From: Macrostomum lignano
Lineage: Eukaryota
Reading direction: 5' to 3'
Length of the DNA stretch: 64,000 bases
NCBI GenBank assembly: GCA_002269645.1
Contig: NIVC01003140.1
Location: 1-64,000, forward strand
Each line of letters begins with the position of its first letter. Within the stretch, counting starts at the first letter, position 1. The translations under genes and the position numbers were made by a program. Positions 42,314 through 54,703 of this stretch are shown here, in pieces. The notes beneath the pieces were generated by a model. The model saw only the letters and a list, made by a program, of their open reading frames with translations. It was not told the DNA's origin and did not search any database.

Positions 42314-43271
42314 CCGGACTCGCAGTTGAAGCGCAGACAGATCGGCCTGGTTGCTGCCGGGATTTGCTGCTGGCTGGGCTGCTTAGCGAGCGTGAACCGC
42401 AGGTTTCTGGGGGCGTTGAGGTGCTTGTGGTACAACTGAGGGGGCTCCTCACCCCACGCCATGCCCGACTCCGCCACCAGCCTCCGGTAGTCCTCGTCAA
42501 ACTCCCAGATTACGGACTCCGGGTAGTCAGCAGCCAGCAGCTCTCCGATCTTGCGATTGTAGTCCAGGTAGCCAAGGACGTCAGTCAGGAGACCATCAGT
42601 GCTTCCAGCAGCCGCCGGGAGTTTTTCCTTGATCAGCTTTTGCAAGATGATCGAGTTGGCCGCGATCCACTGACCAGCAGAGATACTGGACAGCTTCGGC
42701 TCCTGCTTTCTGAATGCGAGCGAGCCATTCTCCATAGTGGCGATCAACTGCTCCTGACTGGCTGAGCCGGGTCCTCTGGCTAGCTTGATATGGTCGATGC
42801 AACTTGCGAGTCGGAGCCTGGCAATTAGCGGCCTGAAGCTGAGCCGCCTCCCTCATCCCAGATTAAAAAACCTCGGGCAACTGCAGACTGGCATGTGCGT
42901 TATGCTCACCTGATGATGATGCTGGCGTGGGGCTGAGCCGTCAAGCGCTGCTGAGTGTGAAGCTGTTGCTGAAGATCACGACGACGGCCTTCCAGGACTT
43001 GCAGTTCGAGCAGCTCCACCTCCTGCCGCAGCGCAGCCAGCCGGTCGCTCCCCGCCCCCGGAGGCGCCTCGCCCGCGCTGCCGATGCCGTCTTCGGCGTC
43101 CGGAGCAGAAGTCATCTCGGAGTTGCTGAAGTCTTCGTCAGCTTGCTCTAAACCGAGTGCAGTAGACAAGCGCTTGGCAAGCTGTTGTTTGAGGCCCGTA
43201 GTAGGCAGGCCTCTGTTTCGCAGCTCAGCCTTGAGTTGGCGCACGTTTAGTCGCTTTGGGCTGGCACTCAT
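42163..43271 (-). pseudogene. gag-like ORF1 of the Ngaro element: N-terminal SAP-like motif and C-terminal Cys/His finger, broken around 42850-42910
   Basis: MSASPKRLNVRQLKAELRNRGLPTTGLKQQLAKRL (SAP-like). KLSSISAGQWIAANS and WEFDEDYRR, then CLRFNCESGCTRQNCKFRHVCKIQGCLAAHPAHAH. Confidence 0.8.
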
Positions 43272-45802
43272 GGCGGTGGCTGGGCAAAAAATTGAGAAAT
43301 GACGGCGGAGCCAAGCCGGGCCGGGTGCAGAGGCTTTAAGCTGGCCGGCGCGGCCAACACCCCACACCTCAACCCCCCGCCAAAGTACAGCGATATGTAC
43401 AGCGGCACCCTCCGGCGCGTCTAACACCCCTAACTCAGAGAGTAACGATTGCAATAATACATGAGTGTAGTAATGGTATCCTTAATTTGCATCAAGAACC
43501 ACTGGAAGATTACGTTATAGAGGACGCGACACTTGCAAATAATGTAACTTTTTTGAAGGCCCGCTTGTTAACGTGTATTTAGCGTAGCGGTTCTTGCCTT
43601 AAAAAAGCATTCTACTCGACTGTTTTAAAGAAGCCTGCACTACATTTGGACCTCAGAAGCTCCGTATAGGCCGTGTATTTTTAGTTTATTAAGACTTTAT
43701 GTTCCATCTACACACTTAACGTATGCAACCTTGCAACTCGATTGGCGTTACTTTACTGTCGCCCGCCGCTCCTACATGTAGATATACATGTAGCGTCAAA
43801 CTTTGCGTCACGTGATAAAGAAAAAAGTTGAACAACCTCTCGAAAAAAATTATCATTCTACGAGCAACTGATCCAGAGAATTACTGTATGAGCAGTTAAA
43901 TTTTACTAGTGCGCTGCTGTAATGCAAAAACGGGCCTTCAAAAAGATTGCCATACTCGTATAGATTTTGATTGTTGCGTCCTATACTAAAGTAGTCCTTG
44001 ATCGATTGCATATACAGTACGCGCACTCATATGGTCTACTATTAGGCGTTGCACTTGCAAAGCCATGCACGCTACATGTACAAGTATATTCAATTCCCCA
44101 TTGTGTGCACGCTGACTGTTAAAAACATATTATTGCACGCAGATCAGCTATTACATGTACCATGTATATATATATATGCTACATATGTGATTGACAATGG
44201 TTACTGCAGCAACTTATAGGGAAGCACATGTATGAGAATTATGCTAAGTGTGAGAAGAGCGCGGAACCTGGACCATAAGTTGGGAAAATAGGTACAAATT
44301 ACATAAATCCCCGTTTGTCCATATACTCCTATGTTGGTTTGACCTATCATGACAAAATATGGTTGTTTATAGTTGATGTATGGCAGTGGCTTCTGCCTGC
44401 ATTGTTCGACTTGATCCCGTCTTATAAATTATCAACAGATGGCTACGCAATACGTCGATCGATCAGTGAAATGTGTTGCCTAAATTACTACATGTACTTT
44501 TAGTTTTATAAAAATCTTTTTAAAAGCCTCTTGAAACTGTACATGCACATTTTTATTTCGCTTCATACGCTTATGCCTTTTGCTACAAAAGCCTACTACG
44601 ATGCCATGTATTTACTAAATGTACACTGTATTTTTATAGCTATACCGCAAACATTGCAGTTAATCAAGCAAACAAATCTTTAAGTAATAACTAGCAGCAA
44701 ATGGCAATGAAAATAGTTAAAAACTACAGAAACTTATACGTGCATAAAATGAATAAAGAAATAAACATATTTTCTTTGATATATCAGTTGACGGATAAGA
44801 TTCACTCGCGACATGCGACTTTTTAAACGAGGTAGAAATGCAGTATATTTTATGCAGAATTACATGCAAGCTTTGAAGCTTTTTGTTTAAACTTTTTAAA
44901 AGACTAGCTTTATCGATGCTAGAAAATGTTTACAGTTTGATAATATTCTGATAATATTTTAGGAATTTCTATTCAATATAAGTAAATTGCAAACAAGACG
45001 AACTTATTCAATATCTATATATAATATAAGGCTAAATATAATAAAATATGCATCAACAGTAGGCCTACAACAGTTTCTTCTGATGATTTTTTTTTGTTTT
45101 TTAAGAGTTAATTGCTTAAGTAATTATTTCATTAGTTAACTATGTTTTCAATGTAGCTAAATTTTAATTTTAGTACATGAGACTATTTTTTGCTTTTTGA
45201 GACACCAAGAAACCATGGTCTATATTATAGTGTCTGTCTCGATGCAAGTATTAAACAAAATGCCTTATATAATTACATACTTTATAGCCAATAATTAAGC
45301 ATTAAGCCAATAATATATTATCAAAACCAAATTTATATTAAGCCCAACAAGCACTTAAAACACGATAGACCTAGACCCATCTTAGCCATCTGTGACTGTC
45401 AAAGCCAGCAGCATCAAAGCTTAGAATCCTAAATCATTTGAGTAGCCAGATGTACAAAACTAAACTGAACAACGTCTAGAGATTAAAAGTGAATTTTACT
45501 ATGATTTTTTACTCTGAAATCCTAAAAATCGATTCCCGTCCATGTTTGCCTTAGTAGCAAGCTTAGCTAGCTGCAAGTTTGCGCAATTTTAAATTAGCGA
45601 TAGGATGAAGTCCTTTTTCTAGAACTTCTATTACTGCTTTTAATTGCATTGAATACATTATTAATTGAAAATTGTTTTGGATCAGTAATCTGTTTATTAT
45701 TACCAGTTATGTGGCGCAACTAGGGGGGGGGGGGAGGCGGGGGCAGAGACCAGAAAAAAATATAAGGGGGACAGTGCTAAAAAAGAGGGGATTGTAGCCG
45801 AA

Positions 45803-46070
45803 GGGGTTGTAGCCCAACTGGTTAGAGCGCGACTAAAAGGTCGGGGGTTCGATTCCCAATCCCACTGGAACAAATTGTGTCCTTGAGTTTGTTCACTTAA
45901 CTCTGCATTGCTGCAGTTCACCCAGCTGTAAAATGGGTGCTAGCTGGGGGTAATTTGCTGGGGCAATTGAAGGTATACATGGCGACCCCCCAGTCCTTGG
46001 ACTGAACAGCCGCCGCAGCCTTCAGGCTTGAGCCCATTAGGGCAGGTCTAATTAATTCACTAATAATTAT
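45803..46070 (+). mobile_element. tRNA-derived CORE-SINE, copy 2
   Basis: GGGGTTGTAGCCCAACTGGTTAGAGCG...GGGTTCGATTCCC head and CORE-like GTGTCCTTGAG...CTTAACTCTGCATTGCTGCAGTTCACCCAGCTGTAAAATGGG. Shares GTCCTTGGACTGAACA and the CCCATTAGGGCAGGT-type tail with copy 1. Confidence 0.8.
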
Positions 46071-46190
46071 CCTTGTGTTAACTCTGTGGATCTTGCGCAC
46101 AAACCGGAACATGTGCAGTGCAGAGCAACACTGCATATTCGTGCTAACAATAACCACATGTATAGCACATGAAGTCATTGTCATTTTCAG

Positions 46191-49100
46191 TCTGCTCCCG
46201 CCAGAGCCAAGCTGGATGGCAATCGGGGTGCAGTTGAGGACCATCAGAAGGTCGAGCCTCAACAGGAGCAGCAGAAGCAGGCCATGCTGCGCCAGCTTCA
46301 CTCTCTGAAGTCGCAGGTCAGTCGGCTACAGTGCCGCTGCGATGAGCTGGTGCTGCTCAATCAACAGCTGGAGGGCCGGGGCTCCAGCCTGGCAGCGGAC
46401 ACTGAAGACATTTTAGAATACTTGCGAGGCCAGCTCTCAGAGAAGGCAAGCAACTGCCAGCAACTTCAGGAAGAGCTGCGTTGCTTGCGGGAGGCTCACG
46501 AAGCTGAGCAACGGGCCTATTCGGAGCGGGCCGAGGCGCAGAGACGGGAGCACCAAGATATGAAAGAGAACCTCGAGAGCGATCTGCTGTCACTTCGTGA
46601 GTTTGCAAATATTTGAAAAGTGTATGCTGGCTCGTAGGGCTGACGACGCACTGTGCAACTGTTTTCCACAAACATTTCATTTTATATGAACGCTTTTTTA
46701 AGGTCTTCTGTTCTAAACGGAGGAATTAGCCTCTAAAATCTACAAATTCTATGGTTCGTTTGTTCAGCTGCACGAGAGGGTTCTATTTTGCATCTCATCG
46801 AGAACTCATGGAAATTATGAATGATATTGATTGGCATTTCATTATTTTTTGTCGCAAATTAGTATAAGATCATTTTTAGTCTAAGATTTTATATTGAAGT
46901 CAAATTCAATGGATTTGCAAATAAATTAGCAATTGATCCACCTGATTGATTCATTAACTATCACTTAAAATCACCTAACAGCATAAAAATACCCGTCTTG
47001 ATATATTCTGAATATATAATAAATCATGCAACGAAAGTGTATGATTAAATGCTCGAATCTTACAGAAGGGAAGCTGACGGCTCTTGAGGAATACCGTTTG
47101 CTGAAGGAGGAGCTGGCGGCCAAGTTCGCCGAGCTGGAGTTGCAGACGAACGGGGAGCAGGCTCACCAGCGCCAGGAGCTGTACGATCTGGACCGCAGTG
47201 GCGTAGTTACGAAAGATGCGCAGCGCAAGGAGATTCTGCGGCGGGTGACTGACGTGGCGGCCGAGTTGCGGACGGCATCTCGCCGCCAGCAGGTGGAGAC
47301 TGGCCGCCTCACCATTCAAGCCAATGCGGAGCTCAACCGGCGGCTGCGTGAAATTAGCGACGCTGTGGCTCACCTGGTTGGCGTGGGCGACGAGGCCCGC
47401 TCCAGGGAGCGAGAAAACCTGACGGAGATCGACGTGCTGGCTGGGGTGGAGCGGGAGATGACGGCCAGAACGCAGGGCTCGTTGAAGGTGAAGGTTGGAC
47501 AGTTTTGTAAATAATCAGTCAGTCAGTCAGTCAGTCAGTCAGTCAGTCAGTCAGTCAGTCAGTCAGTCAGTCAGTCAGTCAGTCAGTCAGTCAGTCAGGC
47601 AGTCAGTCAGTCAGTCAGTCAGTCAGTCAGTCAGTCAGTCAGTCAGTCAGTCAGTCAGTCAGTCAGTCAGTCAGTCAGTCAGTCAGTCAGTCAGTCAGTC
47701 AGTCAGTCAGTCAGTCAGTCAGTCAGTCAGTCAGTCAGTCAGTCAGTCAGTCAGTCAGTCAGTCAGTCAGGCAGTCAGTCAGTCAGTCAGTCAGTCAGTC
47801 AGTCAGTCAGTCAGTCAAGTCAGTCAGGCAGTCAGTCAGTCAGTCAGTCAGTCAGTCAGTCAGTCAGGCAGGCAGTCAATCAGTCAGTCAGTCAGTCAGG
47901 CAGTCAGTCAGTCAGGCAGTCAGTCAGTCAGTCAGTCAGTCAGGCAGTCAGGCAGTCAGTCAGTCAGTCAGTCAGTCAGTCAGGCAGTCAGTCAGGCAGT
48001 CAGTCAGTCAGTCAGTCAGTCAGTCAGTCAGGCAGGCAGTCAATCAGTCAGTCAGTCAGTCAGGCAGTCAGTCAGTCAGGCAGTCAGTCAGTCAGTCAGT
48101 CAGTCAGGCAGTCAGTCAGTCAGTCAGGCAGTCAATCAGTCAGTCAGGCATTCAGTCAGTCAGTCAGTCAGGCAGTCAGTCAGTCAGTCAAGTCAGTCAG
48201 GCAGTCAGTCAGTCAGTCAGTCAGTCAGTCAGTCAGGCAGGCAGTCAATCAGTCAGTCAGTCAGTCAGGCAGTCAGTCAGTCAGGCAGTCAGTCAGTCAG
48301 TCAGTCAGTCAGTCAGGCAGTCAGTCAGTCAGTCAGTCAGTCAGTCAGGCAGTCAGGCAGTCAGTCAGTCAGTCAGTCAGTCAGTCAGGCATTCAGTCAG
48401 TCAGTCAGTCAGGCAGTCAGTCAGTCAGTCAGTCAGTCAGTGTGGGGACCGGTGCCACGAGCCACATAGCTTCCCGGCTGGACCTTTATGCACCCATTCG
48501 GATGTGGAAGCAAGGCCTTTAGGAACTTTCTTATAGCTGGTGCTTCAGCTATAATTTCTTTATTAATTACTTGCTATGGATTGCGTTGCAGAAAATCAGG
48601 CTACTGGCTGATGGCTGCAGGCGGCTGGACACGCAGCTGATCGACATGGAGGAACGGTCAGAGGCGGCGCAGACGGTGGCGTCAGAGCACGGCCGACTCC
48701 GCCAGCAGGTAGTTGAGCTGAATCAGGCAGCAGCGGCGGCGCGAGATCGGCTCAGCCGCGCCACAGCGGATTTGCACGAGATTTCGACGCGCGCCAGCAA
48801 TGTATCTCGCTGTGGCCGACGCCTTCGCCGACAGCTGATGCGATGCTCTGCGGACGTTAACGAGGCTTTAGCCAGCCTGCTGATGCCGGATGACGAGCTC
48901 ACGGAAGCTGAGGCAGTTTTCAGGTAAGGAAAATGAGTGAGGAAATGTAGAATGCGTGTAAAGTGTGGGTTCCGTATATGTATACACATGTACATTCGTC
49001 AGCAGCATGTACATGTACTTAAAGGAAAGCATCTTGGATTCTCTTCAACCTCCTGGCAGGCGGCGCCGAATGCTGGCCAGACTGCTCGATTTGCTTCTGA

Positions 49101-49297
49101 CGGCGGCCCGAATCGGCCTGGGCCCAAAGCCGGAGAGCCTTGGCCAGAGGCGCGCAGTGTCTGCGCCGAACAAACTGCTTATTGCGGCCCGCAACGCAAG
49201 ACATCCTGCCGCGTACGCGCGTCCATCCACAACTGCACTGCCGCCGCAGTGCCTTTGTGTCGCAGCGATTGGTCGAATTCGGATTGGTCTCTGCTGA
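46191..49297 (+). CDS. CFAP157: Cilia- and flagella-associated coiled-coil protein CFAP157-like
   Basis: Exons 46191-46596, 47066-47487 (or 47493), 48592-48923, 49060-49297 join in frame. QGKLTALEEYRLLKEELAAKF, KEILRRVTDVAAEL and MLARLLDLL parallel recalled CFAP157 segments (GKLAALEEFRLQKEE, KEIIQRVNLVANEF, MLQQLLVML). The start exon was not found. Confidence 0.8.
47515..48441. repeat. (CAGT)n tetranucleotide microsatellite, ~930 bp, in a CFAP157 intron
   Basis: Pure CAGT in the 5' part; CAGG, CAAT and CAAG variants in the 3' part. Confidence 0.99.
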
Positions 49298-50731
49298 AAC
49301 AGCTTCGGCGATGCTTCAGATGTCAATAAAGGAGACCATCGGCGCCTGCGGCAGCCTCTAAGACAGCGGTGCAACAGTCGGCGCCGTCCCCACAGCACTA
49401 CGGCTGCTGCTATCGTACCGGCTTTCAACTTTTAGAAAGCCGATTTTGCGAGTTTTTATTCATTCGCAAGCAAAATTTGCATGTATGAGACCCCCAGACA
49501 GCAATCCAATGTCGGCCGGCGCTTTCGACGTCGCTGAAAATTATGTACTTTTACATTGCACCGACTTTCAGCCGACATTGAATTGATGTACGGGGCCGAT
49601 CACATGCACAAAACGTATTTGCTTTTTAACCTTTTGCCCTCGTCAGTGGAATTTTGAGAGCCACTGCCACATAGCCACAAAAGTCCGAGACTTCAAGAGG
49701 CCACAGGCCTGCTTTAGTGTTAGATAGTTTATGGCCTTTTTAGTTCGAATCTGGGGTCTATGCTGTGCACCCTGGCGCACTTTTAGGACGGGTTCACATA
49801 TATAGTAGCTCTGTGGGTCCAAAAGTCGCCTGAAGTCAATGTTAACATGGGTTTGCAGCAACTCTGCATTGATTTGATCAATCTTGGACTAGAGGAGCTA
49901 CTAGCGGTAACGTGAACCGGCCTTGAGCGACATTGTCGGACAACTAGCAAAAGGCATTAATGCCCATTCCGCCGACTCCCCTGAGCAGGCACACAAGGAT
50001 ACTTACGCTGCCATACGCACGGTCACACACAGGAGTGTACATTGGCCCTAATTCTTTATTTATAGTTAGACGTACACTTCGCTGGGCCTTATAGGTGTTT
50101 GTACTCAAGGGCGTTGACTGCACGAGGCTAAGCTCGCCCTTTTAGTAGCGAGTAAAAGGGCGAGCGACCGGTAGAAATGACGCATTCGATTTTTGCACCT
50201 GCTTTGCTTGCCGTGTTCAGTAGTTACCACCCAATAGTTTCGTCTGGAAAAATCAGTAATTAACAACACTTGCACTTCCTTAGATGTGTTGGTGCTTTTA
50301 CACGTTTTACAAGGCATCATGTTTTGCAATCTTATTAGCAACTTCCCTATATAGTAGATTTGTAGCATGACTCCACTTTATTTATGCACCGATCTTTTTC
50401 CGCGATAGTTTTGCTACACAATGTGCATTCTTTTCCCAGCGTGTTTGTTGCACGGACCAATGCATATCGGCTATAGCCGGATATTGTGATTGACTTTTAA
50501 TGTAACAAAGCAATACAATACAAATTTTGAACAAACGTTTTCTTTTGTCTGAAATTTTTAGTGATTTGCGGTGATAAAAGTTTTACAACTCTTACGCTGT
50601 GTTGGTCTCATGTTTTCAGTTCTTTGACAACTAACAGCATGAGCTATTGAGCCAGCTGGCTGTGTCAGAAATGGGTGTCTGATGGGGCACTTCAAATATA
50701 AACCACCTTAATATTTGCATGAAAATTTTTT

Positions 50732-51035
50732 ATAACAACAACAATAAAGCACGCTGTCAGGTGGAAAAAAAGCAGCGTCACAGGGCACGCTTCAGAGCCT
50801 GGGCGCGAACAAAGGCCGCACCGCCGGCAGAGTCCGGGGCGCCAGCGTCGGCCAGCAGGCAGTCGACGAAACGCCGAGTTCGGGCCTGGCCGCGCCGGTA
50901 GGGTGCCTGCAGCGTTAGCAGCAGCACCTCCTGCACCGGCTGCGGGCAGTAGGACTCGGCGCGGATGATGTGGCCTGCCAGCTGCAGTCGCCGAAGTCGC
51001 AGCAGTTCACTTGGGACGCGGCGATAGAGTGCCGC
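50732..51035 (-). mobile_element. 5'-truncated non-LTR retrotransposon 3' end (RTE-like)
   Basis: Minus-strand frame ..LYRRVPSELLRLRRLQLAGHIIRAESYCPQPVQEVLLLTLQAPYRRGQARTRRFVDCLLADAG..* resembles the RRL.LAGH..R post-RT tail of RTE-like LINEs. Short 3'UTR ending in (TTG)n. Confidence 0.7.
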
Positions 51036-51189
51036 AATTTATTGGAAACTGAATAAAACCAGCAGTCAAGCGCTGTGTTTTAAACCAATGCAAATTATAA
51101 ATGCCTGTACCATATGTTGCAGTTTACATATATTTATTCAAATGGCAAATAGCACTCCAATGAACAGCTGAGGCAAAGCCAAGTCAGTT

Positions 51190-53889
51190 TCAGGCGTCGC
51201 CTTCGTCACTCTCGCCGCCGCCGTCTCCGCTTTCGCCACCGTCGATTTCGCAATCTTCGTCAGCTTCGCCGTCGCCGGATCGACGGCCGACTAGCGCGAA
51301 GCCGCTGCCGGTGGCTCGCATGCGCATGGCTGGGCGACAGCGGCCTGGCAATAGTTGCCAAGGCCGGCAGAACGAGTCAAACAGCAGCAGAGGGCCGGCG
51401 TTTGCCAGTCCGCGCGCTGTCAGCTCCTGGGCCAGGGTCACCAGCGCATCCTGGTAGGGCGAGTGGAAGGCGAACGGCTGGCCCGGGGACAGCAGATCCA
51501 GCAGCGGCAGCAGGGACACTGGGCTGTGCCGGCTGGCCACCAGCAGGCAGTCCCACTCGCCGCTGGCCAAAGCTGATGAGTCGTCAGCCTGGCTCAAATC
51601 TGGCGGCTCCTCCAGCTTGGCTTTCTTTTCCGACGGTTCAGCGGGCGAGTCAGCCGCCTAGTTGGGCAATTAAAGAAGCTCTGTTGAATGCAATAAACAC
51701 GGACAGGCTCAGGACAGCAGGTATAGAAACAGACAGACAAGGACAGCAGGTATAGAAACAGACAGCTCAGGACAGCAGGCACAGAAACAGACAGCTCAGG
51801 ACAGCAGACACCAAAACAGACAGCTCAGGACAACATGCAGAAACAGGCAGCTCAGGACAACATGCAGAAACAGGCAGCTCAGGACAACATGCAGAAACAG
51901 GCAGCTCAGGACAACATGCAGAAACAGGCAGCTCAGGACAATATGCAGAAACAGGCAGCTCAGGACAACATGCAGAAACAGGCAGCTCAGGACAACATGC
52001 AGAAACAGGCAGCTCAGGACAACATGCAGAAACAGGCAGCTCAGGACAACATGCAGAAACAGGCAGCTCAGGAAAACATACAGAAACAGGCAGCTCAGGA
52101 CAACATGCAGAAACAGGCAGCTCAGGACAACATGCAGAAACAGGCAGCTCAGGACAACATGCAGAAACAGGCAGCTCAGGACAATATGCAGAAACAGGCA
52201 GCTCAGGACAATATGCAGAAACAGGCAGCTCAGGACAACATGCAGAAACAGGCAGCTCAGGACAATATGCAGAAACAGGCAGCTCAGGACAATATGCAGA
52301 AACAGGCAGCTCAGAACAGCATGCGCAAGAACAGACCTTGGAGGCGTAAAGACGCCGCAGCCTCAGCGCAGGCCGCACTAGCTGCAGCGGCAGGCAGTCC
52401 AGCTGGGCCTCGCCATCAGCGCAGCAGCATGGCTGGGCGCAACGACCCCGCAGTCGGCTGACAGGACCAGAGGCGGCCATAGGGCAGTTCACGAATAAGC
52501 AGGCGCGGCCGCCGCTGCTGGCAGAGAGACGCTCGCAAACAGCCTGGGTTAGCAACAGATTATAAGAGTCATCAACAAGCAGAGCCCTGCTGGCGCAGTG
52601 CACATTGGCATAGGCCAATAACTGACTGAGCATGTCAAAGCGCAGGTTCCAGCCTCGACCGCGCATTTCACAGAGGTGGCGCACAGTGGGGGGCAGCGCG
52701 GCCACATAGTCCAAGTATTTCTCCTTCTTCTTGCGCACGTATTTCTCCTGCGAAAAGCTGGTCTTCTGTCCGAAATTCGCGCTACGATCGATCAGGCGCT
52801 CGATGACGGACCGGCCCGACTGGCCCGAGTCGCGAAGGTCGGCCAATTCGCCTGACGAAAGCGTCTGGTTTCCCGTGGAGTCCACAATGTTCCTACATTC
52901 GTTGTTCGGGTTCTTTGTGGCAAATTTGTACCATAAACTTTTTATGGGGATAGAGTGAATTTTGAATGGCGTAATGTTTTCCACTGTCTCTTGGGAAGCT
53001 AGATTTTCTGTCATTTAATGCACTGCTGTGCTACCCCAGTCCTTTGATGCACTGCTGTGCTACCCCAGTCCTTTGATGCACTGCTGTGCTACCCCAGTCC
53101 TTTGATGCACTGCTGTGCTACCCCAGTCCTTTGATGCACTGCTGTGCTACCCCAGTCCTTTGATGCACTGCTGTGCAACCCCAGTCCTTTGATGCACTGC
53201 TGTGCTACCCCAGTCCTTTGATGCACTGCTGTGCTACCCCAGTCCTTTGATGCACTGCTGTGCTACCCCAGTCCTTTGATGCACTGCTGTGCAACCCCAG
53301 TCCTTTGATGCACTGCTGTGCTACCCCAGTCCTTTGATGCACTGCTGTGCTACCCCAGTCCTTTGATGCACTGCTGTGCTACCCCAGTCCTTTGATGCAC
53401 TTTAATTTGAGTTCTTTTGACACTGCCCTTTTCTTTTATTTATAGCACAATTCATGTAAACAACCAGCAATAAATCTTTGCTTTTGCATTAACAATAAAC
53501 CTAAATGGAAGTGAAAAAACGCATGCAAAACAACTCAACCTGTTGTCTCTGTCAGTCACTGGGTCTCCCAGTTGAGGATTCTGCGAGCTGAGCTCGGACA
53601 CCAAGCGATCTTCAAACTGGTCAAACTCAGCAGCATCGTCAACTGGCATCAAGCGAAGGCTATCTTCAGACAGCTTGAATAGGGTGCCAAAGCTGTGGCC
53701 AGACAGGTCGGACAAACTCATTCGCATTCCTTTCAGCAATACACTAGCATTGCTCTGCAGCACCTCCATACGGTAGTAGAACCTGCGACCCTTGATCAGC
53801 TTGCGAAGCAATACAGTGCAACCCTCTTGCATAGTTAAGGCACTATTTGTATTTTGCAATGACAAGGCATTTTCTGACTGTGCAGCCAT
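51190..53889 (-). CDS. TRMT6: tRNA (adenine-58-N1)-methyltransferase non-catalytic subunit TRM6/GCD10 (457 aa)
   Basis: Exons 53889-53540, 52892-52337, 51657-51190 total 1374 nt in frame. Splicing creates DNR|NIVD. Also QKTSFSQEKYVRKKKEKY, LRFDMLSQLLAYANV and C-terminal WQLLPGRCRPAMRM..GSGFAL. Confidence 0.92.
51700..52320. repeat. 27-bp minisatellite (AGGACAACATGCAGAAACAGGCAGCTC) in TRMT6 intron 2
   Basis: About 18 near-identical copies at 51826-52320 plus 3-4 degenerate copies at 51700-51825. Confidence 0.97.
53018..53401. repeat. 29-bp minisatellite (GATGCACTGCTGTGCTACCCCAGTCCTTT) in TRMT6 intron 1
   Basis: About 13 near-perfect tandem copies. Confidence 0.97.
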
Positions 53890-54488
53890 CTGAAATAAAA
53901 CAGTGCAATATTGAAAAAGTCTAAAGGTATGATATTATAATAACAGCATATGAAGCTCAAAAAAAATTTGTAGTGTAATTTCAGCAGTGCATTACAACTT
54001 TATGATAAGACAAATCTTAAGACAATGTGTCAGAAGTTGCACGAGAAACTAAATCAGACAATCCATTTTTATTAAGATTTTTGCCTTTTGCCTTTCAATT
54101 AATTGCTGGAAGATTAATTGTTCAGTTAGAACCCTATGGATGTGATTATTTCTAAAATTTTATAGGCCTAGATAAAGATATTATTAGTAACAAAGCATTA
54201 AGCTACATTGTGCAAACCCACAAAGCAAGAAAAACAATGAAAACTAGATTTCAATGTCCCACCCTACCTACCTTATTCACCTTTCACCTATTGCTATGTT
54301 ATACTATATAGGATAGTCCATTTAAGTTGGGACTAATTTTAAGACTCCATAGATCAGTTTATATCAAATCTTATGTTTTTTAACTTTGCAAAAATTTCAA
54401 TAAGCTTTATTAGGTTGTTTAGCAGCAGTATCAAAGTTGTAAATGTTGAAAAGTATAACTATCAATGTATACTATGAATAGGCCTACC

Positions 54489-54703
54489 CTGGGTTTTTTG
54501 CCTAATACAAAGTGCAAAATTGCACCTGTGCATAATTTCAAAGTGCAATTTTTAGCTCTAAGTGCATTTTCTATTTTTTTTCTTATGTTAAGGCAATGCA
54601 AATGCCAGAATAACCACACCTAAACCACACCTACTTTTTCAATTTCAGGGTGCAATTTCAAAATTTAGGGTGCATACGCACACTTTGCACACAAAAAACC
54701 CAG
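54489..54703. mobile_element. 215-bp MITE with 8-bp TSD
   Basis: Perfect TIRs CTGGGTTTTTTG and CAAAAAACCCAG. GGCCTACC duplicated at 54481-54488 and 54704-54711. Internal GTGCA/TGCAC motifs. Confidence 0.8.

Larger units (their letters stand above)
39165..43453 (-). mobile_element. Ngaro-type tyrosine-recombinase (DIRS order) retrotransposon, full length, disrupted
   Basis: Split direct repeats in the order A1-ORFs-B1-A2-B2 on the minus strand: A1 43286-43453, B1 39478-39558, A2 ~39313-39478, B2 39165-39241. Overlapping gag, RT/RNaseH and YR ORFs. No TSD. Confidence 0.95.

Noticed and set aside
42895-42912. Canonical donor CAG|GTGAGC inside Ngaro gag suggesting an intron
   Set aside because: No acceptor restoring the frame could be established, and ordinary frameshift decay explains the break.
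47495-48469. 324-aa SQSV repeat protein
   Set aside because: It is a translation of the intronic (CAGT)n microsatellite on the opposite strand.
51835-52461. MQKQAAQDN repeat protein on the + strand
   Set aside because: It is an antisense translation of the TRMT6 intron minisatellite.
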